A stretch of DNA of 64,000 nt from Plasmodiophora brassicae (lineage: Eukaryota), in NCBI GenBank assembly GCA_036867785.1, contig CP145411.1, forward strand, positions 558,001 to 622,000, read 5' to 3'. A model generated the notes under the pieces. It saw only the letters and a list, made by a program, of their open reading frames with translations. It ran no database searches and was not told the DNA's origin. Of this stretch, positions 24,137 to 34,122 are shown in pieces (the first letter of the stretch is position 1; every line of letters begins with the position of its first letter). Position numbers and translations under genes: made by a program.

Positions 24137-24243
24137 GGTCTATCCGAGCTCATATCACGATCCCCTGCGCGCGATCGATGCCGGCAACCAGTCCCACAGT
24201 TCATGTGCAAGTGTGCTATATAGCTCAGTACATTGCAGTGCGA

Positions 24244-25224
24244 TCAGCCTTCATGGAGCTTGGCACGCGCTTTGCCGCCCTTGTAGTTCTCCTTGTAGAA
24301 GGACCCGAACACGTACAGCATAGTCAGCATGTAGATGCCAAGGTAGGCGGCGCCCTTGCGGGAATAGCGTGCCTCCTTGACAGTCAGCATGTACAATGCC
24401 TGGCCCAGCATCGCGACGAACTGGCACAGCTGCAACGTTGTGATGTAGCGGCGCCAGAAATACGGGCTAGCCCAGCTGACTCGGGCGCCTGGCTGCGGTT
24501 TCTCAACAATCGAACTTGCGAAATAGTACCTGGACAAACGATTCATTAAACATTCACGACACCCGCATTACGATAGCAACGTTACCCATAAAGTACTACG
24601 TGGACGAAAGAATTAAGCAGAACGACAAAGTACGAGTCGCCACCAGGCCAGAAGTAGCATGCCGCCCAGCAGATGAACACAATCGACGTGTGGTGGTACA
24701 CGTGAATGAACGCCAGCTGTCTCAATCCTGTCGGGTATTTAAAAATCAGATCGAGCACATGGACAATGCAATATGCAGGACTTACTGAACCGCGCCACGA
24801 TAATGAAGGAATCGATAAATTCGAAGAATTTGCTGATGTAGAAGACGTATATGACATGAGCCATGCCATCGCCAGCCGGCGTTGGGTCGACAGGGTTATT
24901 CCACAGCGAATATTTTTGAATGTACAGCTCTCGGCAGGTCTGTACGAACATGTACAGGCTGAGCGCCGTCATAGCCAGGTTGTGCATCAGCGAGAAGGTT
25001 TTCAGCTCGAACCCCTTTCCGCGCTTCAGCATCGCCTGCTTTGCCAGGAATAGCAGGACGAGGTAGGCGGCGACGGCCAGTAGCAGGTGGTAGAAATTCA
25101 CCATAGGCCACCCCTGCATACGTGGATGACCCTGCGAGAGCACGGCATCGAGTTGATGACGCACGAACCCAATCATCGTGCAACTGACAGCGAATCCCGA
25201 GTCCGCTGCTCCATTTTGGGCCAT
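24244..25224 (-). CDS. ELO-family fatty acid elongase (copy A)
   Basis: KFFEFIDS, FIHVYHH, NSFVHVVLYG(YY) and YITTLQLCQF. Two introns. Confidence 0.93.
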
Positions 25225-25804
25225 CCCCCGGCGGCATGGCCTCTCACTGCAGTGCGCAACTGGCACAAAGCTGTGCGCTCAACTACAAGTTTTGCGAGTC
25301 CCGCCCACCGCCCCAACCGGCGGGGCGGCGGGCGATGTCTTAGTCTCACCGCGAACCCTGATTCGGCATAATATTTGGAGACGGCATGACGCGACGTGAA
25401 GGCAGACGACGATTGTCTCCACCATTCGGGATAACCGACTGAGGTCGGTGTCCCCACTCCCCCAACGAAACACTGCCGGTATCGCAACCGGTACCAGTAA
25501 CGCATACCGCACGTTCGTCATGTTCCGGTCGTAACAATGATCCCATCGGATGGTGGAAGCACGATCGAAGACGGATGCCGACTCTTTCGAAACGTGCCGG
25601 GAACACGCTAGATGTGATGGGGTCGTCCGTCCGGCCGTCCGCCCATCGGAGTCCGCGTTCTGTGTATCTGGAGGCGGCGTTCCTGCTTGTCCGATGAGAA
25701 CTCGTTCAATGCTGATGAAGTCGCGGTCGTGGAGAAAATGTAATACATTTCAGTTGTCATTTCCTGTGTCGTTGCAAGAGTGTTTATATATGCCATGAAA
25801 TTTA

Positions 25805-25915
25805 GTCGGTTAACCGATGGTTAACAAAAGACCAGCTCCGGTTAACCGGTCGTTTAGCCGGGTAACCGGTTACCTAAGCCCCAGGCCCGGACCGGTTGAC
25901 CGCGGACCGGACCTT
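25805..25915. repeat. Cluster of short palindromes (cggttaaccg, ccggttaaccgg, ggtaaccggttacc, accgg repeats) between the divergent elongases
   Basis: Read directly from 25801-25915. Confidence 0.6.
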
Positions 25916-26015
25916 GGTCATGCCTATCAAGGGGAGTCGGGTCGGGTCCTCTCTTCTACGGTAGTGCGCAACAAGGGGCCGCGGCCCAGTCACGGCGCGC
26001 TCCTTCCATCTCATC

Positions 26016-26974
26016 ATGACGGTGTCGGCGGTGGTGGGATGGGTGCAGTCGCAAGTTGACAGCATGCTCGCGTATGCGCACCCGCGATGCATGGACTGGC
26101 CGATGGTGAGCTTTTATCACCTACTGGCGGGGGTTGCCGCCTATCTCTGTCTGCTGGGCATTGCCAAGAAGATGATGGTGGCGCGCCGAAAAGGATACGA
26201 CATGACTCGGTTCTCGATCGTGCACAACCTGGCGATGACATGTCTCAGTGCGTACATGTTCGTGGAAACAGCTCGACAAGCTTATATCAACAACTACACG
26301 TTGTGGAATAATGCTGTTGACCCGTCTCCGGCTGGATATGGCATGGCGCGGATCATCTACATTTTCTACCTCAGCAAATATCTCGAGTTCATTGACTCTT
26401 TCATTATTGTCGCGCGTTTCAGTAAGTACGTCTCAGGTCGTAGTCCCTACCGTGTGTTTGATACGCCGTCTATGCAGAGTTGCGACAGCTGGCGTTTATT
26501 CATGTGTACCATCACGCATCGATTGTATTCATTTGCTGGGCGGCGTGTTACTTCTGGCCTGGTGGCGATACCTACTTCGCGGTCATGCTGAACAGTTTTG
26601 TTCATATTATACTCTACGGGTGTGTGCACATGTCCGCCGTTCGCAAACCAAGCATTGATGCTGGTCCGCTCAGATATTACTTCGCAACCTGTTTTATTAA
26701 GAAGCCGGAGCCGAACAAGAAAGTCCACTGGAGTAACCCGTTCTTCTGGCGAAAGTACATCACGACTCTGCAGCTGGCCCAGTTCATGGCGATGCTGGTA
26801 CAGTCTGTCTACATGCTCACGGTTAAGGACGCGCGTTATTCAAGGAAGGGTGCTGCATATCTCTGCCTGTACATGATCACGATGCAATACGTGTTTGGCG
26901 CCTTCTTTCGCAAGAATTACAGGACGAACCCTGCCCCTGGCAAGACGTCCGGTCCCAAAACTCATGAAGCGTAG
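26016..26974 (+). CDS. ELO-family fatty acid elongase (copy B)
   Basis: KYLEFIDS, FIHVYHH, NSFVHIILYG(YY) and YITTLQLAQF. Same two intron positions as copy A. Confidence 0.93.
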
Positions 26975-27258
26975 TCCAATGGTTGCGCTTTGGCAACCGT
27001 GTTTTGACTGTGCGGGTTTCTACCGTCTTAACAAATGAAAGCATGCTTCTTGATGCCGTTGAAATACGCTTTGGAATGCCCTCGACGTTCCCCACAACCG
27101 GGCACCGTTTGAAACAGAGATGAACGGTTTCTGGAGTGGCCCGACGTGTCCACATCCTAGCCGTTAAAAAGGTATACGCAATGCTTGCTGTCCCTGTGCC
27201 CGAGAATGTCGGCTGGCGTTAACGCGTCAGCCCCGGCGCAGTCAGCTTTGGTAAAAAA

Positions 27259-27378
27259 GGTTACATCACCATGTGGTTCCCCGGTGGTCCCCCTCCCGAG
27301 TACTGAACAGGCCAAACACCATTTGGCTTCGCAATTCGGAATGAGATACGGCACATTCGGTGTTGTATGAACGTAACC
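27259..27378 (-). rRNA. 5S rRNA gene (copy 1)
   Basis: 120 nt GGTTACGTTCATAC...GATGTAACC with complementary ends, the 5S motif AGTACTCGGGAGGGGGACCACCGGGGAA, and a T6 Pol III terminator. Confidence 0.92.
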
Positions 27379-27507
27379 GAAGGTCCTTCCGGCGGTGCAC
27401 CCACTTCACGGTAGCACGCTCCATTCAAGGGGCACTGCCATGCCATGGCGCACGTTGCATTGAGCCGACAGAGCAGTTGATAACTTCGGCGAGCACCGGG
27501 CAAAAAA

Positions 27508-27627
27508 GGTTACATCACCATGCGGTTCCCCGGTGGTCCCCCTCCCGAGTACTGGACAGGCCAAACACCATTTGGCTTCGCAATTCGGAATGAGATACGG
27601 CACATTCGGTGTTGTGTGAACGTAACC
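27508..27627 (-). rRNA. 5S rRNA gene (copy 2)
   Basis: Same 120-nt sequence with 2 substitutions relative to copy 3, followed by T6. Confidence 0.92.
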
Positions 27628-28250
27628 GGTGGTCAGGCGCATTTCCACCTTCATGTACGGAAGACAATAGGTAGCTACCGCCGGGTTCCCTCCATTTGGA
27701 ACCCCGCTGTCAGGAAAACCAATGATCTCCCGGATCCTGTCGGGTTTACGAAAGAAGAACCGTCGGCAGCTCCACATGGTCATCTTGATTCTTGGAACTC
27801 GACCTCTGTCATCTCCGCGCCAGGCCGGGTAAGACAGCCTGCCTGCTTGATCCATTATCATGGGCCCACCCGTTTGGGCCAGGAGAACAGATCGCCCGAC
27901 GTTGCCCAACATGGCGAGCACCATCATCGTCATCGTCATTGTCGGCACGTACACCATCCTTGTGTAGAGTGCCCCTGCCGACGATGTCCTCGGCAGCCAC
28001 CTCGTCCATTCGCGCGACCTGGTCGAGTGATTCAAATCCGGTGACGGTTACCTGAGGTGAGAGGGCAGCCAGATCCTCCTGTCCAGCAGATACGGAATGC
28101 ATAGATCACATTAACGTTTGCTAATGACAGTCAGGATTCGCAGTGCGCTGGGCCGGCACGTTGCCCGGGTGCCTCCAACTGACCGCCTACGTGCAGCCTG
28201 TAGACAGGTCTTGGGACAGGTGAGCACCGAGTCCAGTTTAATCATACACC

Positions 28251-29717
28251 TCAACGGCAGCCGGGCATGCCCATGTGTCTAGGTTTGAAGAGGAGAACCT
28301 GAAATGCTGCATCGAGAGCACGACCGTTTAAGCCGAGTCCCCAGATGACTGTCCAGCCAGTGGGAGTATGCAGAAAACTGTACGAAATCGTGAGCATGGA
28401 TACGGCAACAACACAGAGCATACTGGCAACGGCGACGCCCAGCGCACATGAGCTGAGCCGTCGAAGGAAAGCAAACATCGAAACCTGTGACGAAGAACAG
28501 GATACCGCGTTCGTCACCCTGGAAGCCTCTTTGTGAAACAGGTACACGGTCACAAGCAGATGGTAACTGATTAGGAGCTGGACCGCCACGCCGAACAGAC
28601 CGCCAATGTTCAGGAGGCTGGATGACGAGCAGTCGACCACGCACAGTGCAGAGAGGACATTCTCAAAGACGATGGGAGCGATGCACAGAATCGCGGTCAC
28701 AAGGGCGAAATCACCACGAAACACGCGGTACATGAGAGGCGCCGACGCACGCGGGGCAACTTCTTCGAGCATGCGGGACCAGAACATGGTTGCCATCACA
28801 GCGCAGGCCCATCCCCATCCAGAGAGCCACAAACCAAAGTAGTTGGAAACCTGGGCGCTGAGCCCTGGTGTAGACCAATTGCCACCTATCGCGATAACGG
28901 CGCCCAACAAAGTCGACGTGACGAATTCGATCGTCAGAACAAAGTGGACGTATGACACATTCTTGCTGATGAATCGCGCGAATCTGGACACCGAACGCGA
29001 GCTGCAGGGGACCTTCTGGTGGTACTGGCGGACGATGCTTCGACAATGCCATAGCAGAAACAGGCCAGCAAGAGCACCGGCCGCAATCGCGATGACGCTA
29101 GGAAGTACGCGTACCAATAGCTGGTAATACCAGGAAGAATACGTTAACGACCAGACGTTTTCGTCCGGGAATGCGGCCACGTCCCCAAGACGTCCCGCGG
29201 CTTGGACAATTGCACCACTAATCGATTCCGGCGGCGAAATGACGAGGAATAGCATGGGAAGGTTTCGCGTTAGACCGCCTCGGGACCCATCATGCTGGTA
29301 CATGTTGCTGTTCGGTGTGACGCCTGTCCTGATAACTGCGGTCAGGCCGCTGCTGTCAGAGAATGCATGGCGAAGCAATGCGCAAACGAATGGCGTACCG
29401 ATCGCGGCGACAGCTCCGGAGGCGATTAGGTTCGTGTACATAGTCTCCATTGTGCACGGCATCGTTTGTAACCGAATGAACACGACCTTGCCTTCGTACG
29501 ACAGCGGCCGTAGAGGCCGGCAGACATCCCCACTGAAGACGTCGCCTGGCGCCGTGACGGAAACGTGATCATGCGGTTGCGGCCCAGCGAATACGCTCAT
29601 GGTTGGGCTATAGACAGACGCGCCGCCTAGGGCGCTGTTGCCGACCGCCGAGAATGTTACCGTTCCATGGACGGCCGTAACCGTGGCGATGAAGAACAGC
29701 CACGTTGAGCACAGCAT
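28251..29717 (-). CDS. Signal peptide + PA-like ectodomain + about 7 TM receptor-like protein
   Basis: MLCSTWLFFIATVTAVHG signal, FSGDVC...GKVVFIRLQTMPC, ENVWSLTYSSWYYQLLVRVLP, then multiple TM helices. Clear paralog of 40192-41792. Confidence 0.7.
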   Translation of the reverse strand: MLCSTWLFFIATVTAVHGTVTFSAVGNSALGGASVYSPTMSVFAGPQPHDHVSVTAPGDVFSGDVCRPLRPLSYEGKVVFIRLQTMPCTMETMYTNLIASGAVAAIGTPFVCALLRHAFSDSSGLTAVIRTGVTPNSNMYQHDGSRGGLTRNLPMLFLVISPPESISGAIVQAAGRLGDVAAFPDENVWSLTYSSWYYQLLVRVLPSVIAIAAGALAGLFLLWHCRSIVRQYHQKVPCSSRSVSRFARFISKNVSYVHFVLTIEFVTSTLLGAVIAIGGNWSTPGLSAQVSNYFGLWLSGWGWACAVMATMFWSRMLEEVAPRASAPLMYRVFRGDFALVTAILCIAPIVFENVLSALCVVDCSSSSLLNIGGLFGVAVQLLISYHLLVTVYLFHKEASRVTNAVSCSSSQVSMFAFLRRLSSCALGVAVASMLCVVAVSMLTISYSFLHTPTGWTVIWGLGLNGRALDAAFQVLLFKPRHMGMPGCR

Positions 29718-30134
29718 CGGTTTTAGCAATCAGAGATCAATGACCGGACTGATCAGTGTCCAGCAACCATTGACGAGGCGTGCCAGCAGTGGACAACTTC
29801 ATCACGTTGGGGAGCGCCAGCAGCCGCAGTCATTCGGATGACGCATTGTAGACACAGGTAAACTGTTTGCTTGGGCAACTACATAGAAACCCGTGGTGCC
29901 CGGTGGACATGACCAGACAGGTCATCCCGAGGCGGATGCTACGGCACCAAACCCGACATGGAACGAGGTCAACGGCCGAGGAATTTTGGTCAAGAGCGGC
30001 GGCCGGGGCGGGTCCACTGCTCTCCGCAATAATTTGAATCGCAGTGGCCACCGACGTCACCGTGTCATCGCGGAACCGCCGAATCCGCGAAGCAGGGTAG
30101 CGTTGCAGTCGGCGTCAGCGCCGCGCATTGACGA

Positions 30135-31114
30135 ATGTCGGTCGGTGCGGCCGGGGTCGCTCGCGACTGGGCCTGGGCAACAGTCCAGCCATTCTTCGAC
30201 GCCGTGTCCGATCTGTCAGTGCCTCCCTTGGAGCGGATCGAACGCTTCTACTCGAGACACGCGTCGAAGTACGACGGCTCCCGCGCTGGCCTACTGCATG
30301 GTCGAGGTATCTGGCGTCGCCCCACCTGCAAACGTCCCCGCTAATGAAGGTATGCGACAATAGCGGAAGCACTGAAAGTGGCTGTCGATCACCTTCCCGA
30401 TGAACCGAAGCCGCTTGTCTGGTGCGTCCCAAGTTGACGATGGGCCTTGATTATAATGACGCTGACGTCGCGGTTGCAGGGTGGATTTCGGAGCAGGAAC
30501 GGGATGGAGTCTCGAAGCGATGTCGGAGATCATGCCGCTGACGCGATTCTCGCGTGTGTATCTACTTGACGTGTCGCAGCCGATGCTGGACATCGCCGCT
30601 GAGCGAGTTCGCCGATTACAGGCCGGTGACATCTGCGAAATCGTCTGCGGCGATGCCGCCGATTTCGACTCTCTCGCCAAAGCGGACCTAGTCACGTTCT
30701 CGTACTCCATTTCAAGGATGCCCGATTACCAGAAGGCAGTCGATAAGGCGGTCGGCATGCTGGCGCCCGGTGGCCTCCTTGCCGTCGTCGATTTCACTGT
30801 GGCGTCCAGGTTTCTTGGCTTCACGTTTTCATGACGAGACACTGATGTTTGTTCTTCATCGTAGCTGCGATCCTGACGAGGCCCGCTCGAGATACTGGGC
30901 ACTCCCCTCATGGCTCTTGAAGACGGCATCCTCGATCGGCGGTCTGCATATGGAAGCAGCCCGTCGTCAGTACGTCGAACGCGCTCTGCATGTAGTATGG
31001 GAGCACTTTCGCTTGGGTGCTGTCCCGTACTGGCCCATCATACGCGTCCCGTACTACATCCTCATCTGTCGGAAACCACAAAGCACTGATGCAGTAGAGT
31101 GTGATGACCGCTAA
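30135..31114 (+). CDS. BtaB-like SAM-dependent methyltransferase (betaine lipid synthase N-methyltransferase domain), stand-alone
   Basis: ERFYSRHASKYDGSRAGLLHGR, VDFGAGTG, VYLLDVSQPML and ADLVTFSYSISRMPDYQKAVDKAVGMLAPGGLLAVVDF. Confidence 0.75.
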
Positions 31115-32439
31115 TGTACTATTGTCTCGCTTTCCAATTGAGCCGTCAGTAGAACGAAATGGGGTATTACTCCGGACGCGCTCAGCGGCCGCCTGCAGGA
31201 ATAACGCGGTGCACAAGGGCGCCTGGATAATGCGGTCGTGGCGCTCGGGCGTGAACATGCGAACAATCCGGCGGTACTCGTCCGGACAGTATAGCTGTTC
31301 GTCCCCAACCTCGCGGCTACGCCTCCAACGTCGTGCTTGTCTGTCGTAAAGTATAAGAACGCAAGAGCAATACAGTTTCACGCGCATAGCGATTCAGGCA
31401 GGATAGTCCTCATGGTCGGCTCGGCCGCCTTGCCCGAATTTGCATGATGCCCGGGAATTCGATGCGGGAGTGGGACCCAGGAAGGCGGTCCTTCGTCCAA
31501 ACAGAGATGGGGTCGTCACATCGCGGGTATGCTGCACTGGCGACATGCTGGATCGTGGCAGTGTGGGCGTCTCCGGGTTGGACTTCAATCTAACAGAGGC
31601 TGGTCCCGGCGTCCATGGCATCATTCGCGCCGTTCGCCCCGTCGCGGGGCGCCTCCATCATGCACTCCCGTTCAGCACCCAGGAGCCCGTTTGGCTAACC
31701 ATCGCCATGATGGTCGTTTTCCGCAACCACCCGTATCTCTTCTTCGCGTCCATCCTGGCGCTGTGAGTCCACCACCTCCACCCGAGTTTCAGTCGAGCGC
31801 CCGCCGACGTCGTTCGTCATCTGAGCAGCCACCTGCATCTCCTCAACATGTACAGCCAGCAAATGCCTGTCGATCAGCGTGCTTCCTTGATCCGATCGAT
31901 CACACGAGTCACCCCTGAGGTTTTCGCCGAGCGGATCGATACGTCCTTCAGGTTCGAAACCCGCAGTTCTCCTACCGTCGTATAACGATCGCTCACTTTC
32001 TGTACTTTCTACGCCATGGCAACGTCATCAACCGGTTAGTGGAACGCGTCCTGCGTGTCGTGCGTCACTACATCCCCAACCCTTGCTGCAGGAACCAGGA
32101 GAAATGCGCCAACGCCGTCTGCCGCAGGCGTCCCTTGGCCTTGCCCATCGCGGCATCAGCCACGATGCGCGGCACGACAGCGACCGCTGCTTGAGCAGCA
32201 GATGCATTGTGATCCGGACCCGCCGCCATCGTCGTTGCGTCTGTCTCGTGGTTTGGTTTATGCGCGAACCGCGTGCGATCCGCTTCATCTGTTTCAGATG
32301 GCCCTATGCATACCGGCCGCACAGGGTCGCGGCGACGTCGACATCACTAACGCACGTAGTGAGGTTCTGCGTTGCTCGTATGATGAGTCGGAATCTTCAA
32401 TTAAGCTAGACCTACATATGACACAAAATTATGTGAGCT

Positions 32440-32445
<6 letters not shown>

Positions 32446-32470
<25 letters not shown>

Positions 32471-32582
32471 GTGCGTGTGCGTGTGCATATATGTGTGCGG
32501 TGTGTGTGTGTGTGTGTGTGCGTGTGTGTGTGTGTGTGTGTGCGTGTGTGTGTGTGTGTGCGTGTGTGTGTGTGTATGTGTG
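32446..32582. repeat. Compound (GCT)n + (GT)n microsatellite
   Basis: About 60 interrupted GT units preceded by a short (gct)n run. Confidence 0.97.
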
Positions 32583-32704
32583 GCCGGTGTGGCGGTGTCC
32601 CCCCGAAAACGTCGCCGCCCGTCAAATGTCCGCGGTGCGCCCGGCGGGATAGCACGGGCCACGGCCCACGGCGCACTGCCGTACGGCATCCGTGGCGCAG
32701 CCAT

Positions 32705-32771
32705 GTTAAATCATTGTGTTATTGTCCTGCCTGAGTTCTCGTGTCCCTTGCTTCAATTGGTTATGGGCCCA
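32705..32771 (+). mobile_element. Putative LTR 3' end followed by a copia-type primer-binding site
   Basis: ...cttca followed by attGGTTATGGGCCCA (32759-32771), matching the half-tRNAiMet PBS known from Drosophila copia-type elements. Confidence 0.55.
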
Positions 32772-32920
32772 TCCCAAGCCTACCCCTGTCCCTGTTCCTG
32801 TCCCAGTTTCCGAGCCCGTGCTCCAGCTCGTGTCGTCCCGTGCCCGTGTCCGAAGCCCGTCGTGATCCAGCTCGCGTCGTGACCGCCCGCGTTCCGACTC
32901 TGTCTCTCTCGTCGCCCGCA

Positions 32921-33345
32921 ATGGCGGAGGACTGGAACCAGCTCGTCACAGGCCTTAACTACCAGATCCAGATCCTACAACAGCAACAGCAGCAGCTACT
33001 GCAGCAACAGCACGACCAACTGCTACAACAGCAACAACAACTGACGCAGGCTCAGGCCTCCCTACAACAGCGAACGGTTTCACAGCATCATGCTCCTGAG
33101 CCCAAGGTCAAGCTTCCGCCTACATACAACGGCGGCCGGGGAGAACTTCGCGGCTTCCTGAACCAGATCGAGCTGGTCACCACCCAGCAGCTGCCCCACC
33201 AGCGCGACCTTCTGAGCGTCAGTCGCGTAGGTGTTGGGCCGCTGGGTGATAACCAGCTTGATCTGGTTTAGGAAGCCGCGAAGTTCTCCCCGGCCGCCGT
33301 TGTATGTAGGCGGAAGCTTGACCTTGGGCTCAGGAGCATGATGCT
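32921..33345. mobile_element. Ty3/gypsy gag fragment folded back as an inverted duplication
   Basis: MAEDWNQL..polyQ..PEPKVKLPPTYNGGRGELRGFLNQIELV on +. The same segment plus TQRPNTYATDAQKVALVGQLL is on -. Arms 33084-33188 and 33241-33345 match at 101/105. Confidence 0.85.
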
Positions 33346-33359
33346 TTTTCACACGCTGA

Positions 33360-33537
33360 ACCGGTCGCTTGGTTCGGAAGGAGTACGTGACGTCTTTGAC
33401 GAAGAGCCAGGACGATGATTCCGGTGACGAAGAGGTAGCTCGACTGGAGTTCGCAGGGTTCGTTGGCATTGCCGAGCCAGGCACACTTCCCGAGGCAATT
33501 TCGGACACACATTTGTACCCCGTTGTTGACGAAGAGG
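33360..33537 (+). mobile_element. Probable copia pol remnant (region just upstream of RT)
   Basis: Translates to ...FVGIAEPGTLPEAISDTHLYPVVDEEV, resembling the copia EPxT(Y)xEA...DEE motif. Confidence 0.4.
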
Positions 33538-33622
33538 TGTAGACCGGACCGCCCAACTAGGCCACGAGAGCAGCTGCTCCCGTGGCCTAGTTGGGTGGCC
33601 TAGCTGGGCGGTCCGGTCTACA
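33538..33622. mobile_element. 85-bp palindromic miniature element with target-site duplication
   Basis: TGTAGACCGGACCGCCCAACTAGGCCAC...GTGGCCTAGCTGGGCGGTCCGGTCTACA, flanked by GAGG on both sides (or AGAGGT if the ends are GTAG/CTAC). Confidence 0.75.
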
Positions 33623-33873
33623 GAGGTCATCGAATCTGGTCAGGTAATTGTCAGGACCGTGACCAACTGACCATGGTATGTGCGCCCCCTGCTGTTTTAA
33701 ACATGTTTTTACATGTAAAATACATGTATTTTACACTCAACCAGCCATTCTCTGTTTTAACAATTCCATAGGCCTTGCCGGGAGCGCGATTGGCGCCGTC
33801 CGCGACTACGTACGCCAGCTGGCGCCAATTCGCAGGCAACCACCAACTTGGCAGAATCAAAAGGTTCCAAAAA

Positions 33874-33993
33874 GGTTACATCACCATGCGGTTCCCCGGT
33901 GGTCCCCCTCCCGAGTACTGAACAGGCCAAACACCATTTGGCTTCGCAATTCGGAATGAGATACGGCACATTCGGTGTTGTATGAACGTAACC
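33874..33993 (-). rRNA. 5S rRNA gene (copy 3)
   Basis: 120-nt sequence equal to the consensus of the three copies, followed by T5. Confidence 0.92.
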
Positions 33994-34122
33994 GATAATG
34001 GCCATACCCTGGGAAGGTAATGTCCGGTACTACAGTGCAACTGCAGTACAGCGTTCATCGTTCTACCCGCATTGCCTGCAAGCGGCCAGGGTATCTTATC
34101 TAGATGTCCATTGTATTCCTTA

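Noticed and set aside
27157-27630. ORFs repeating MPYLIPNCEAKWCLAC (also near 33757-34005)
   Set aside because: These are translations of the 5S rRNA genes.
27700-28050. Possible decayed DDE transposase fragment (VLL...IMDQAG) upstream of 5S copy 2
   Set aside because: The resemblance is too short and there are no TIRs; not supportable without a profile search.
31100-32050. Short ORFs between the methyltransferase and the microsatellite
   Set aside because: No coherent exon structure or motif could be established.
32055-32882. Cys/Val- and His/Thr-repeat ORFs
   Set aside because: Artefacts of translating the (GT)n microsatellite.
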